From assembly GCA_964607805.1 (NCBI GenBank), contig CAZSLF010000002.1:36269-100268 (forward strand): a stretch of 64,000 nt of DNA, given 5' to 3'. Position numbers and translations under genes: made by a program. The notes beneath the pieces were generated by a model. The model worked only from the letters and a program-made list of their open reading frames with translations, ran no database searches and had not been told where the DNA came from. Below are positions 40,195-50,347 of this stretch, piece after piece. Positions within the stretch are counted from its first letter, which is position 1. Each line of letters opens with the position of its first letter. Origin of the DNA: an uncultured Candidatus Saccharibacteria bacterium. Its GTDB lineage: Bacteria > Patescibacteriota > Minisyncoccia > Phycocordibacterales > CAIZLB01.

Positions 40195-41211
40195 ATGCCC
40201 TCTTTATCTCCTCAAAAATTCAAAAATAGAGCTATAAATAAGGCCCAAAAACGTATAGTCACTTATGGTTGGGTAAAAATGCTCTTTCTTTTTATCACCC
40301 TCCTAGTTTGTGCACTTGGATTAGGTCTAATCCAGTCCGCTATGATCAGTAAACAGGCCTTTTTTGAGCGTTTAGAGACCTATATTAACTTTGCTAACCC
40401 GAATTATCGCTTCGTCTATATATATCCAGGCATGCGTCGTGAGGAGATTGTAGAGAAATACTCCAAAATTTTGGCCTGGGACGACAAAGACCGCCGCTGG
40501 TTTATTGCCTCTGCCCCGGCCGATCCAGACAACGGCGGCTATATGGACGGATATTTCCTAGCTAAAACTTACTTCGTTGAAAAGGATGCAACTGGCCAAG
40601 AAGTTGGCACTATGATGCATAAGGAATTTCTAGTGGCTGTTAGTGAAAAAGTTTTGGCGGATGAAAAACCTGATATTAAAGGAAGTGGCAAAAAAGATCC
40701 CAAAGATGAAGAAAATGAGGACAAAAAGGATAGTGACAAAAGTGGCGACAAAATGGTTGTAGATAAAAAAGAGAAAACTATAAAGGATCCAGTAAGTGAC
40801 AAAACTCAAGTTATTAATTTAGATACTGCAATTACTATTGCTTCTATTATACAAAGAGAAGCCGCTGGCCCTCATGATATGAATTTAATTTCAGGAATTA
40901 TTTGGAATCGTATGTTTAAAGGAATGAGCTTAGAACTCGATGCAACTTTGCAATATGCAAAAGGTGGTGAAGGAAATTGGTGGCCACAAGTTACTGGAAA
41001 AGATAAATATATTGAATCCCCATATAATACATATCAAAATAAAGGTCTTCCTCCTGGTGCAATCTCAAATCCTAGTATCGACGCTATAAACGCTGCATAC
41101 AATCCAAAGAAAACAGATTGTATTTTCTATTTGCATGACAATAATCGCAAAATTCACTGTACAAAAACTTATGCCGAGCATAAGAAGAACGTAGATCGGT
41201 ATTTGCGTTAG
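40195..41211 (+). CDS. Second MltG/YceG-like transglycosylase
   Basis: ASIIQREA, GIIWNRM, LELDATLQY and PYNTYQNKGLPPGAISNP. Confidence 0.85.
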   Translation: MPSLSPQKFKNRAINKAQKRIVTYGWVKMLFLFITLLVCALGLGLIQSAMISKQAFFERLETYINFANPNYRFVYIYPGMRREEIVEKYSKILAWDDKDRRWFIASAPADPDNGGYMDGYFLAKTYFVEKDATGQEVGTMMHKEFLVAVSEKVLADEKPDIKGSGKKDPKDEENEDKKDSDKSGDKMVVDKKEKTIKDPVSDKTQVINLDTAITIASIIQREAAGPHDMNLISGIIWNRMFKGMSLELDATLQYAKGGEGNWWPQVTGKDKYIESPYNTYQNKGLPPGAISNPSIDAINAAYNPKKTDCIFYLHDNNRKIHCTKTYAEHKKNVDRYLR

Positions 41212-41259
41212 TTAAGTCTGCACGGTTTAGCGAAAATTACCACGAGTTACCGCGCAGAG

Positions 41260-42576
41260 TTAGCGCGCAATTCCTAAAAATGGTATTGCCCAAGTTTTTT
41301 CTGGCTTGCCATCACTCCCTATCCTGTCTCCAGCTTTTCGTCTAGCCTTTCTTCTGTCCTCAAAATGCTCAACTGCACGGAAACTAGATCCTAACATAAT
41401 CGTATGCTCACCATATTTGCGATTTATATTGTCTACTTTTATGTTTAAATTTGTATGATCTTCTTTTTGTTTCGCATCAGAGTCATTTTCAAAATTATCA
41501 AAAAGAGATTTCATATTTGTAACTAAATCTTTAGGAACAAGACTTCGAAGTGTTAATCCTGACGCGCGAAAATCGACATGACCCTTGAAAATTTTGCCAA
41601 ATAATTTTCGGGCCACACCAATTACGACCAAAGGATCATCTGTAGGTCTTTCGAAAACAAATTCAGTACTAAAATATTTGAATTCCTGACTTTTGATAAA
41701 GAAAGTACACTCTTTCGCCTTAGCACCAACAAAACGCAGTCGCTCGCAAGCCTCTTCAATATTTTTTGAAAGGTGTGAGAAGACTATATCTTCTTTGCGC
41801 GAGGCTGGGACAAAAGTTCTAGAAGACATAATCGATTTTGGCATCTCCCTTTTTTCGCTACTTACATGTAGAACTGAGAAACCGTTTAGCTCGTTGTGGA
41901 TTTCACGATATGGTTTTGAAATATTAAGAGCTGTTAGTTGTGACGAGGTCAGGTCCGCGAAATTTTTAGCAGTCAAAATACCATGCGAACGCAAAAGTTT
42001 AGTTGTAGCCGTACCAATTCCCCAAACTTTTTCTATTGCGAGATTTTCTAGGAAGCTTTGACGATTATTTTCTTGGATAATGGTATACCCTGCAGGTTTC
42101 CGATGTTTAGAACCAACCTTTGCCAGCACCTTAGTCGCCGCCAATCCTACACCAAAGGTTAATCCTAGCTTTAACTCAATTTCTTCTTTGATTTTTCTTC
42201 CAATTTCTGCATAACTTATTCCGAGCACTTCGTCGAGTCCTGTTATATCTGCAAAGCATTCGTCTATACTATATTCTTCAACAACTGGAGTATATTTGCG
42301 GACAATTGAAAACATTCTGCGAGCAAAAATCGCATATGATACATAATCTGAGGCAACAATTATAACTTCAGGACAAAGTTTACGAATATCAGCAACCATC
42401 ATGCCACGAGTAATACCTTTAGCTTTTGCTTCATAGCTCATAGCAGCTGCAATAAATCGTTCACCGCCAGTTACAATTGGTTTACCTTTTAGACGCCAAT
42501 TTTTTACTTGCTCAACAGATGCGAAGAAAGCATCGCCATCGAGATGTAAGATTGCTCGGTTTTTATAGTTTTTCAT
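41260..42576 (-). CDS. dinB: Y-family DNA polymerase IV (DinB/UmuC-like)
   Basis: ILHLDGDAFFASVE, SYEAKA.G, YSIDECF and LAKVGS...KPAG. Confidence 0.93.
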   Translation of the reverse strand: MKNYKNRAILHLDGDAFFASVEQVKNWRLKGKPIVTGGERFIAAAMSYEAKAKGITRGMMVADIRKLCPEVIIVASDYVSYAIFARRMFSIVRKYTPVVEEYSIDECFADITGLDEVLGISYAEIGRKIKEEIELKLGLTFGVGLAATKVLAKVGSKHRKPAGYTIIQENNRQSFLENLAIEKVWGIGTATTKLLRSHGILTAKNFADLTSSQLTALNISKPYREIHNELNGFSVLHVSSEKREMPKSIMSSRTFVPASRKEDIVFSHLSKNIEEACERLRFVGAKAKECTFFIKSQEFKYFSTEFVFERPTDDPLVVIGVARKLFGKIFKGHVDFRASGLTLRSLVPKDLVTNMKSLFDNFENDSDAKQKEDHTNLNIKVDNINRKYGEHTIMLGSSFRAVEHFEDRRKARRKAGDRIGSDGKPEKTWAIPFLGIAR

Positions 42577-42596
42577 TATAGATTGCCGCGCAATTA

Positions 42597-43265
42597 TTAC
42601 TTATACTTTCTAATAACCGAAACAACCACACCAATTATCTGCCCTTCAGTTGGATATATTATTGGGTATTCAGAATTTGCAGGTTCCAGACATAGCCTAC
42701 CTTCCTTCATAGCCAAGAACTTTATCGTATAACCGTCAGGTAATAGTGCCACAACGATATCACCAACCTTTGTTTCGGCACCACGCTCGAAAATAACCAT
42801 ATCACCTTCACATATTCCAGCTTCGATCATAGAATCTCCGCGCACTTCTAAAAGATAACTGGCGGACTTATCGCGCACAAGGTAATCTTCGAGGTGCATT
42901 ACGTCCATTAATTCTTCTTCAACAGGCGTAGCAAAACCAGCTTGTATACTTCCAAGAAAACGAATGGTTCCACTCTGAGGTTCAATTGCAATATTTCTCG
43001 AAGTTGTTAAACCTTTTGCTTCTTTTGCATAAACACTTGGCATAGTTGGAAAATCTTCACCAGGAGAAAGCTTGCCGTTTTTATCTTTATTTATAAAACC
43101 AAGAGCTGCTAATTTATTTATTATATAGAAAGCAGAGCTTCTAGAACTTACACCAAAAATTTTCAAACACTCAGTAATAGAAGGCATGCGCCAATATTTC
43201 TTGAAAAATGATTCAAGCTTAGCCAACTGCACCATATAATTTTCAGGCTTTTTCTTTCTCTTCAC
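42597..43265 (-). CDS. lexa: LexA-family repressor (HTH plus S24 peptidase)
   Basis: MPSITE...GVSSRSS HTH, IQAG cleavage site, VRGDSM catalytic Ser and TIK catalytic Lys; GTG start inferred from the -10 box. Confidence 0.88.
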   Translation of the reverse strand: MKRKKKPENYMVQLAKLESFFKKYWRMPSITECLKIFGVSSRSSAFYIINKLAALGFINKDKNGKLSPGEDFPTMPSVYAKEAKGLTTSRNIAIEPQSGTIRFLGSIQAGFATPVEEELMDVMHLEDYLVRDKSASYLLEVRGDSMIEAGICEGDMVIFERGAETKVGDIVVALLPDGYTIKFLAMKEGRLCLEPANSEYPIIYPTEGQIIGVVVSVIRKYK

Positions 43266-43275
43266 AATACCTATA

Positions 43276-43297
43276 TTATAATCGAACAATTGTTCGA
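43276..43297 (-). promoter_or_regulatory. SOS box (Cheo-type GAAC-N4-GTTC) abutting the lexA -10 element
   Basis: Perfect palindrome TCGAACAATTGTTCGA (43282-43297) one base from TATAAT. Confidence 0.85.
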
Positions 43298-43388
43298 AAG
43301 CTAGATGCAGATTCACAGTTTTTTAGCAATAGAAAGCACACATAGAAGATTCATGAAGAAACCCCTCTGCATATATCATATATATAAC

Positions 43389-46376
43389 CTATCTACCCAC
43401 TCTATCCCTCGTAATTGCTCCAAAATACCCTTCTGCAGGCGCAATACCCTGTGCCTGCTGGTAACTAATCAAAGCTTGTTTAGTAAGAGGCCCGAAATAT
43501 GTAGTTGGCGCAAGAGTTCCAAGGTTTAAGTGTCCGGCAGATTGTAGGAATATCTGTAATTGTTTTACATCTTCTCCTGACATGCCAATTTTTAGATCTC
43601 TGTAAAAAATATTGGCTGGTAAGTTTTGTGAATTAGGAGTGATTGAGGTATTTGGAATATTTTGAGCAGCTGGTGTTAAATTTATATTATTAATTGAAGC
43701 TCTCGTAATCGCTCCGAAATATCCTTCGGCTGGAGTAATATTGTTTGCTTGTTGATACTTAATTAGAGAAGCTCGAGTGATTGGACCAAAGTATCCAGTG
43801 TTGTAAATTGGCTCAAGTAGATTTTTTGAAATTAGTAGATTTTGAAGTTGTACGACGTCTTCACCTCTCATACCCACTGTCAGGTTACGCGTGAATATCA
43901 TGCTTTGCATATCGTTTGGTATGTTTGGAGTTCCGACAGCACCACCAGAGTATGTTGTACACCTCTGCCCTGTTATTGTGTTAAATATCTGACCTGTACT
44001 GCATACAATTGGATTGTTGTTAGCGGGTGGTATGTATGTTATAGCTCCTCCTCCAGATGAATACCCTCCACCACCACTACTTGGACAAGCACTTGTTGAG
44101 AAGCTAGTGATAGCTCCAAATCCTGTATATTCTCCACCTGCAATTGCATATGGTCTAAAGTAATATGCTGTACCACATGTTAGAGATGAAATATTAGATG
44201 AAAAAGTTCCAGCTGAGTTTTTGTTTCCTAAAGTAGTAGTTGCAATTACAGTTGAGAGAGTTACATCTGTACCATATGCAAAACCATGCTGACTAATAAA
44301 TCCACTACCTACATCTACAAGAGTTGCATTGATAGTTGCAGAAGTTGGTGTAAGTGAGGAAGCTGCAGTACTAGTTACTGACGGAGCGGAGCAAACCGAA
44401 ACTGTTCCATTTACCGTACCGCTATTTGTAGCGGTTGGTGAGAAACAGGCGTTGCCCGTTACAGTCCCATAGTTGATACTATCATCATGAAAAGCGGCAT
44501 TGCCGTTAATTACATCACTATTATTACTATCATCATTAAAAATACTGTTACCAGTTAAAGTGTTGTTATTTCCTCCGGAGCTATTAAAAATATAAAGTGG
44601 ACTACCAACAACTACACCAGAGTTGCTCCTGCCACTATTAAAAACATAACTTGTAATAGCTATACCATCTGATCCATATACAGTTCCACTAACATCATCT
44701 GACCAATCCTCTGTACTGAAAGTGAATACCCCACCACTAGGCACCGATGTATGATACCCAAGTGTATTGTATGTAGCATTACCTGTAATTGTACCTCCAC
44801 TAATACTTGTACCGTTAAAAGTTGCATTACCATAAATATTTCCATCATTGGAACTAGCATCATTGAAAGTAGCGTTACCATGTATATCACCATCATTATT
44901 ACCATTATCATTGAAGATTGCGTTACCTGTTATTTCGCTTCCCATACCCCAACCCCCGTTAAAAACATAACTAGTGATCGCTACATCGTCAGATCCATAT
45001 ACAGTACCGTTGACTATACCTCCCCAATTTTCTTGGCTTAAAGTAAATACCCCTCCGGTTGGAGCCGTGGTATGGTATCCAGTGGTATTAAAAGTAGCAT
45101 TGCCTGTTATTGTTCCGTCATTTAGTGAGCCGCCATTAAATACAGCATTTCCATTTATAGTACCATTGTTACTGGTAGTACCATTAAAAGTAGCGTTTCC
45201 ATTTATAGTTAGATCATTGTAACTAGTATCATTGAAAATGGAATTGCCATTTATTGTACCTTGGTTATTGCTGCTCGCATAAAAGTTAGCCGTGTCTGCT
45301 ACGTTAATTTCAATACTCGACGAAACAGATAGAATAAAACTAATTTTGTTTACAGAAGCAAGCGCACCGCCATTTGTAACAATATTCTCATAAATTCCAA
45401 CATGATCACTTGAATCCGGTAGCGCTAGTGCCTGAACAGTAAATCCTATATCGCTCCACCAATTATCTAAATTATTCCAGTCACCGTCTGATGACCCGTC
45501 GAAATATAGATCTGGGTAATTATGATAGGTTACAGCACCATTAACTGTTCCACCTATTGGGTTAGTTGCAGGAAAATAAACGTCGACAGCACCTGTAACT
45601 ATCCCATCGTTTTCTGCAGTCTCACGAAAGATATAATTAGTAATTATCACACTATCAGATCCATATACAGTACCTGTAACTTCACCCGACCAATTTAAAG
45701 TACTCAAAGTAAAGATTCCTCCACTCGGTGCAGATGTGTGGTAAGCGGTTGTATTAAAAACGGCGTCTCCATTAATAGTTCCATAATTAGAACTCTGACC
45801 ATTGAAAGTAGAAGTACCTATTACGGTACCACTTGCATTGTTAACACTAAAATCATTAAAAGTTGCAGTACCCTCTATTACGCCGGTTGTGTCATTGTAA
45901 CTTTCATCATTGAAGGTTACATTCCCATTTATTGTATCTGCACTACGACTTTCATCGTTAAAAGTTACATTTCCATTAATTACACCTTCTGTATCACTCT
46001 GATTATTGAATACAGCATTGCCGGTTATTGTTGCTGCATTTGAACTTGTACCTTCGAACGTAGCAATACCTCCAACAGAGATTTCTAGTGCGCCTAAATA
46101 GTGACCACTCTCAACATTCATCGAGTTAATTGAAATAGGGTCCCCTGAATTAGTATCAACAGGTGCCTGGATGCGTACATCATCGCTTGAATCTGGGAGA
46201 GCTAAAGCTTGAATTGTATGTCCTGCATCACTCCACCAACTATCTAAATTAGCCCAGTCACCGTCCGCAGCAGAATTGTCATAATATAAAGTATCAGCAG
46301 ACGCGAAAGCAGGCGTGAAGAAAAGAAAGGCAAATATAAAAACTAATATCAAATTTTTAATTGAACGCATTCCCAT
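43389..46376 (-). CDS. Large secreted surface protein: Asn/Gly/Thr-rich beta-solenoid repeats, Fn3-like domain, two peptidoglycan-binding domains
   Basis: Signal peptide ending AFA-SA; (I/V)xGNA(V/T)FN repeats; LTCGTAYYFRPYA; two DV.QLQ..L...YFG.IT modules. Confidence 0.85.
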   Translation of the reverse strand: MGMRSIKNLILVFIFAFLFFTPAFASADTLYYDNSAADGDWANLDSWWSDAGHTIQALALPDSSDDVRIQAPVDTNSGDPISINSMNVESGHYLGALEISVGGIATFEGTSSNAATITGNAVFNNQSDTEGVINGNVTFNDESRSADTINGNVTFNDESYNDTTGVIEGTATFNDFSVNNASGTVIGTSTFNGQSSNYGTINGDAVFNTTAYHTSAPSGGIFTLSTLNWSGEVTGTVYGSDSVIITNYIFRETAENDGIVTGAVDVYFPATNPIGGTVNGAVTYHNYPDLYFDGSSDGDWNNLDNWWSDIGFTVQALALPDSSDHVGIYENIVTNGGALASVNKISFILSVSSSIEINVADTANFYASSNNQGTINGNSIFNDTSYNDLTINGNATFNGTTSNNGTINGNAVFNGGSLNDGTITGNATFNTTGYHTTAPTGGVFTLSQENWGGIVNGTVYGSDDVAITSYVFNGGWGMGSEITGNAIFNDNGNNDGDIHGNATFNDASSNDGNIYGNATFNGTSISGGTITGNATYNTLGYHTSVPSGGVFTFSTEDWSDDVSGTVYGSDGIAITSYVFNSGRSNSGVVVGSPLYIFNSSGGNNNTLTGNSIFNDDSNNSDVINGNAAFHDDSINYGTVTGNACFSPTATNSGTVNGTVSVCSAPSVTSTAASSLTPTSATINATLVDVGSGFISQHGFAYGTDVTLSTVIATTTLGNKNSAGTFSSNISSLTCGTAYYFRPYAIAGGEYTGFGAITSFSTSACPSSGGGGYSSGGGAITYIPPANNNPIVCSTGQIFNTITGQRCTTYSGGAVGTPNIPNDMQSMIFTRNLTVGMRGEDVVQLQNLLISKNLLEPIYNTGYFGPITRASLIKYQQANNITPAEGYFGAITRASINNINLTPAAQNIPNTSITPNSQNLPANIFYRDLKIGMSGEDVKQLQIFLQSAGHLNLGTLAPTTYFGPLTKQALISYQQAQGIAPAEGYFGAITRDRVGR

Positions 46377-46429
46377 AATTATACAATAATTAACTTACTA
46401 GTCACGCAGATTACTAACAGTTAGCATGG

Positions 46430-48004
46430 CTAGTCCATAAGATATTTTTTCAACATCTCCTCTGTTCCGCCAATTTTCTTACCCTTATTCAAAAGTCCTG
46501 TGGGATCAAATAGCATTTTTATATCAAAGAAGGCTTTGAAGACTTTTTCGCCATAGAATTCTCTTATAAATGGCGTCCTCACAATTCCATCACTGTGATC
46601 AGCACTCATATTTCCATCTAAGGATTTAATTAGTTTAATAACATCTCGAACAAGAGCGATTATTGCATTGCCCACAGCTTCTTTCCCTTTCATAAAATCA
46701 AAGACAGGAATCATACGAATAGATCCATCACCAATATGCCCATGATATCCATATTCTAGATTATGTTTATCCAAAATATCCTTAAGCCCAGGAATTAATT
46801 TATCAAAATTGTGAATCGGCACGATAATATCCTCAATACAAGGCACAGCATGAAATCCTGGTCGATTATAATCTCGCATAACACCAAAACTAGATCGTCT
46901 AATCTTCCAAACGGCATCGTGGAGAGGCTCATCTTCTATGTATGAGACCCTGACAGGCCGCTTTAAAAGTTCATGTAGTGTCAAATTCGCGATTGAATCA
47001 GTTTTCTCCTGTGATTCTTCACTAAATTGTGCGAGGACAATTAGATTTGTTGTTTCCCCAAAAAATTGGTTGCATAGCTCAGTCTCATTTTTCAAAAGAT
47101 TTTTAGCTCTTTTAAATGTATTAATATCAAAAGTCTCAACGCCCTCTGGATTATGTCGCATAACTGTGTCTAGGATATATGGCAGTTCGTCAATTGAATC
47201 AACTGATACCACAAGTAATCGTGTAAATTTAGGAATATCTGCAAGCCTTAGAACAGCTTTAGTAGCAATCCCTAATACACCTTGAGAACCAACAAAAATT
47301 GGTGTTATATCCACTTTATCAATCGACATATGTGCTGCTGGGATCCTTTCAAGTCTAAATCCAGATGCAACTTTTGGTACTTTACCGATCGCAGTAATCA
47401 AATCGTCACCAACTTCAGTGCGAATTTTGACCAATTCTTTTTTAATTTCTGTGGATCGCAGCAATCCTTTAAGACTTTCTCCTGTATTTTCAAGAACACC
47501 TGTTCTAATTAGCGTTCCGTCAGCCAAAATCACTTCAAGACCCAAAACATTATCAATTGTAGCTCCGAGGCGAACACTTTTTTCTCCAGAAGCGTTGTTC
47601 CCGATCATGCCACCTATTCCACAAATATCTTTAGATGAAGTATATGCTCCGAAAAGCAAGTTATGCTCGGCTGCTGCTTTTTCAATGTCACGGAACATGA
47701 CACCCATTTCAACAGTTGCAGTTTTTGCAATCGGATCTATTTCAATTTTATTTAAATTTTCAGTTAAATTGAGAATAACCCCAGTCGTTAAGGAACCTCC
47801 ACTCATACAAGTGCCTCCTGCACGTACAGAAATAGTATCCGTAAACTTTTCTTTATGATTTCTTAATAAAATATTCGAAATTTCTTCAGAAGTTTTTGGA
47901 AAAATGACCCCACTTGGCACAATAGAAAAAACACTTGCATCGCGAGCATGCGTGGCGAGCACTTTTTCATCTTTCAAAATAACTGAGTCGAAACCTTCAG
48001 GCAT
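46430..48004 (-). CDS. FAD-linked oxidase (D-lactate dehydrogenase/GlcD-like)
   Basis: [41 protein letters not shown] and [11 protein letters not shown]. Confidence 0.88.
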   Translation of the reverse strand: MPEGFDSVILKDEKVLATHARDASVFSIVPSGVIFPKTSEEISNILLRNHKEKFTDTISVRAGGTCMSGGSLTTGVILNLTENLNKIEIDPIAKTATVEMGVMFRDIEKAAAEHNLLFGAYTSSKDICGIGGMIGNNASGEKSVRLGATIDNVLGLEVILADGTLIRTGVLENTGESLKGLLRSTEIKKELVKIRTEVGDDLITAIGKVPKVASGFRLERIPAAHMSIDKVDITPIFVGSQGVLGIATKAVLRLADIPKFTRLLVVSVDSIDELPYILDTVMRHNPEGVETFDINTFKRAKNLLKNETELCNQFFGETTNLIVLAQFSEESQEKTDSIANLTLHELLKRPVRVSYIEDEPLHDAVWKIRRSSFGVMRDYNRPGFHAVPCIEDIIVPIHNFDKLIPGLKDILDKHNLEYGYHGHIGDGSIRMIPVFDFMKGKEAVGNAIIALVRDVIKLIKSLDGNMSADHSDGIVRTPFIREFYGEKVFKAFFDIKMLFDPTGLLNKGKKIGGTEEMLKKYLMD

Positions 48005-48131
48005 ATGTCTGTAAATTTTAGTTTATTACTCACTAATTATAACTTACAAATCAAAAACCCGCACTGTCGTGCGGGGTTTTTGCGTTTTTTTTGATCTTTT
48101 GATCCATGTGCTTTGATCTTGGTGGCAAGTG

Positions 48132-48371
48132 CTACCAGAAAAACGCATTACGCCTGCCTGCACGGATCCCTGCCTCAGCAAGGAGTTCTCCGTCGACAGC
48201 CCTGTAGATAACCTCGTAGGCCTGTTCAGTCTGGTGAAAGGCGGTTGTACTTGGTGAACCACGATACTCAGCCTGATCAGCTTGAGGCTGTGTCAAGTAT
48301 GAGGATGGCTTCGAATATGGAACCGGACGGACTCGCCCAGGGTACAGACCGATACCTTGATCTTTTGACAT
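48132..48371 (-). CDS. Small hypothetical protein (cassette)
   Basis: 79 aa ORF between TTGACA-N16-TATAAT (48462-48489) and hairpin 48053-48081. Confidence 0.55.
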   Translation of the reverse strand: MSKDQGIGLYPGRVRPVPYSKPSSYLTQPQADQAEYRGSPSTTAFHQTEQAYEVIYRAVDGELLAEAGIRAGRRNAFFW

Positions 48372-48591
48372 ACTAAAAGTGCGGTAACGTTATCGCAATA
48401 CGAGTCCTGTTTTTCACGGTTGGACTGACGTGAGAGTGTACTGAGTAAATTCCCAACAAATATTATAGGACATATGCTGGTTTTGTCAAATAGTATGATA
48501 AAGACCATTACAAATGAAAAGAAAAAGCCCCCACAAGATATGAAGTCCGTGAGAACTTTTCTTGTGGAAGGCTTGGAGGCGCCGCAGTTTT

Positions 48592-49077
48592 TTAGATCAA
48601 TGTCGACATGACAGGATTCAGACATGCAGACCATCCGTGCTTCGGACGGAACCATTTTGGGAGTGGAGCATAACCACCCATGTTGATGTGTGCTCTTGCA
48701 CCGAATTGTAACGCTAAAATCACCACACTCCAAAGTATAGCCTCTTCGAATGTCACATCACCCATCATAACTTCGTTATGTTGCTTATGGAGATTTACTG
48801 ACGATTGAACAATCTTTACAGGATCACCTGCATTGCAAATCTTACTCACTTTCTCTACAAGCAAGTGATATGGATGATCCAAATTTGGATCACATTCCGT
48901 AAGGAATGCAGACACATCACTGACGTTAAACTCTTCTGGAACACTTGGCGCCATAACTGGAGCAAGGTCGGCAAAATGATCGCCCACTTGGAGTCCAAGA
49001 TCACAATTGGGACGAAACGCCACACGCCACACCTTGCCCTGACCATAATCAAAACTAATCAAAATTACTGTTTTCAT
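48592..49077 (-). CDS. Hypothetical protein (cassette)
   Basis: 161 aa ORF; TTGACT-N17-TATAAA (49181-49209); hairpin 48525-48574. Confidence 0.65.
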   Translation of the reverse strand: MKTVILISFDYGQGKVWRVAFRPNCDLGLQVGDHFADLAPVMAPSVPEEFNVSDVSAFLTECDPNLDHPYHLLVEKVSKICNAGDPVKIVQSSVNLHKQHNEVMMGDVTFEEAILWSVVILALQFGARAHINMGGYAPLPKWFRPKHGWSACLNPVMSTLI

Positions 49078-49238
49078 GAATTTAGTCCAGTGGAAGGACA
49101 GTAATCCGCATGGTGAATACCAGCAGGTCGATTACTGTCTTTCTTCCAGACTAAAAAAACTTAAGGAGCTATTACCGACATTTATACAATATAACATTAA
49201 ATCAGTCAATTATTCATGATTTAGTAGCTAGTTTTAGC

Positions 49239-49267
49239 TTGACAAATACCCAATATAGGTGTATAAT
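49239..49267 (+). promoter_or_regulatory. Consensus sigma70 promoter
   Basis: Exact TTGACA-N17-TATAAT. Confidence 0.85.
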
Positions 49268-49472
49268 ATTACCATCTATTTAGGCACTCAACTTGAGGCT
49301 TGTTGCCTTAAGCCATACTGCCGAGATACCCAAAACAAACGCTGGAGGTATAGCTTTCAGCACTGGGAAATGACTTCCGATTGACCATCAGCTTCGCCTC
49401 CCCTGCTTGCAGGGCATCGGCTAAGCCAAGATAGTCAGCCTGAAATTATTTGGTAAAAAGCACATTGGAATT

Positions 49473-50258
49473 ATGAAAGCGAAAATGTTTTTTGAAGGTG
49501 CAGCCCTGTACCTCGGTCTGTTGGTTCTAATCTTTGCTTTGGTCGTTAGTCCAGAGCACGGTACGGAACCAAGAATCGCTGCCTTGACGATGACATTGTT
49601 CATCGCCTGGGCAATGGTCAATGCAGGTTGCCGTTTGTACGGCACTCCAGTAGCTTGGTTCGTATCTCTCATCCTTAATGGTGGCGGAATTCTTTTTCTC
49701 ACCAAGAAGGGTCTGCAATACGCTCCGAAATTTTCCTGGCTCGACGCGAAAAGTGTCAGCCTAGGAAATCATGCCGGTTACATCGTCGAGGAAGGCACTC
49801 TCACAAGTGCCATAATACTGACGATAAGCATCCTAGTGATCTGGAGCATGTCCTATGCGGTCGACCTGATCGGAAAATCCTGGGGCCTCACAAGCTCAAG
49901 AATTTCCCGTCTGGCTACTGACGTTACAATCATCACGTTGGCTTGCCTCGCAGCTAGGCCTCTAGGGATTATCAATTCGATTCCACATCTGAGCGCACAG
50001 TCTGCTTTGCAGATTGTGAGTTCGACGAAGCAATCTCCGGATTATTCCCTGCCTCCGGGTATCGGGCCAAAGGATCTTGCTGAATTTCTCCTTCCCGGAG
50101 AGCCAGCGAAAGGCAAAAAGACTGAGCCTGCAAGAACACCAATCGGCAAGGACGCGAAAATCGACTTGCTGGCAGACTGCCAGCATGAGGATAATTCGCT
50201 TCCAAAACAGGCAGCTGGCCAGGCTTGGCCTGACCCCTCACTTTTTCCCACGAAGTGA
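49473..50258 (+). CDS. Hypothetical membrane protein with a Pro-rich soluble C-terminus (cassette)
   Basis: About five hydrophobic segments; terminator-like hairpin at 50306-50335. Confidence 0.7.
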   Translation: MKAKMFFEGAALYLGLLVLIFALVVSPEHGTEPRIAALTMTLFIAWAMVNAGCRLYGTPVAWFVSLILNGGGILFLTKKGLQYAPKFSWLDAKSVSLGNHAGYIVEEGTLTSAIILTISILVIWSMSYAVDLIGKSWGLTSSRISRLATDVTIITLACLAARPLGIINSIPHLSAQSALQIVSSTKQSPDYSLPPGIGPKDLAEFLLPGEPAKGKKTEPARTPIGKDAKIDLLADCQHEDNSLPKQAAGQAWPDPSLFPTK

Positions 50259-50347
50259 TAAAACAAAAACGATGTTAGCAATCCTCAAAAGTTACTAACA
50301 GTAAGCCGCGTGAGCCTTGTGCTCCGCGGTTTTTTATTTGCCATTTT

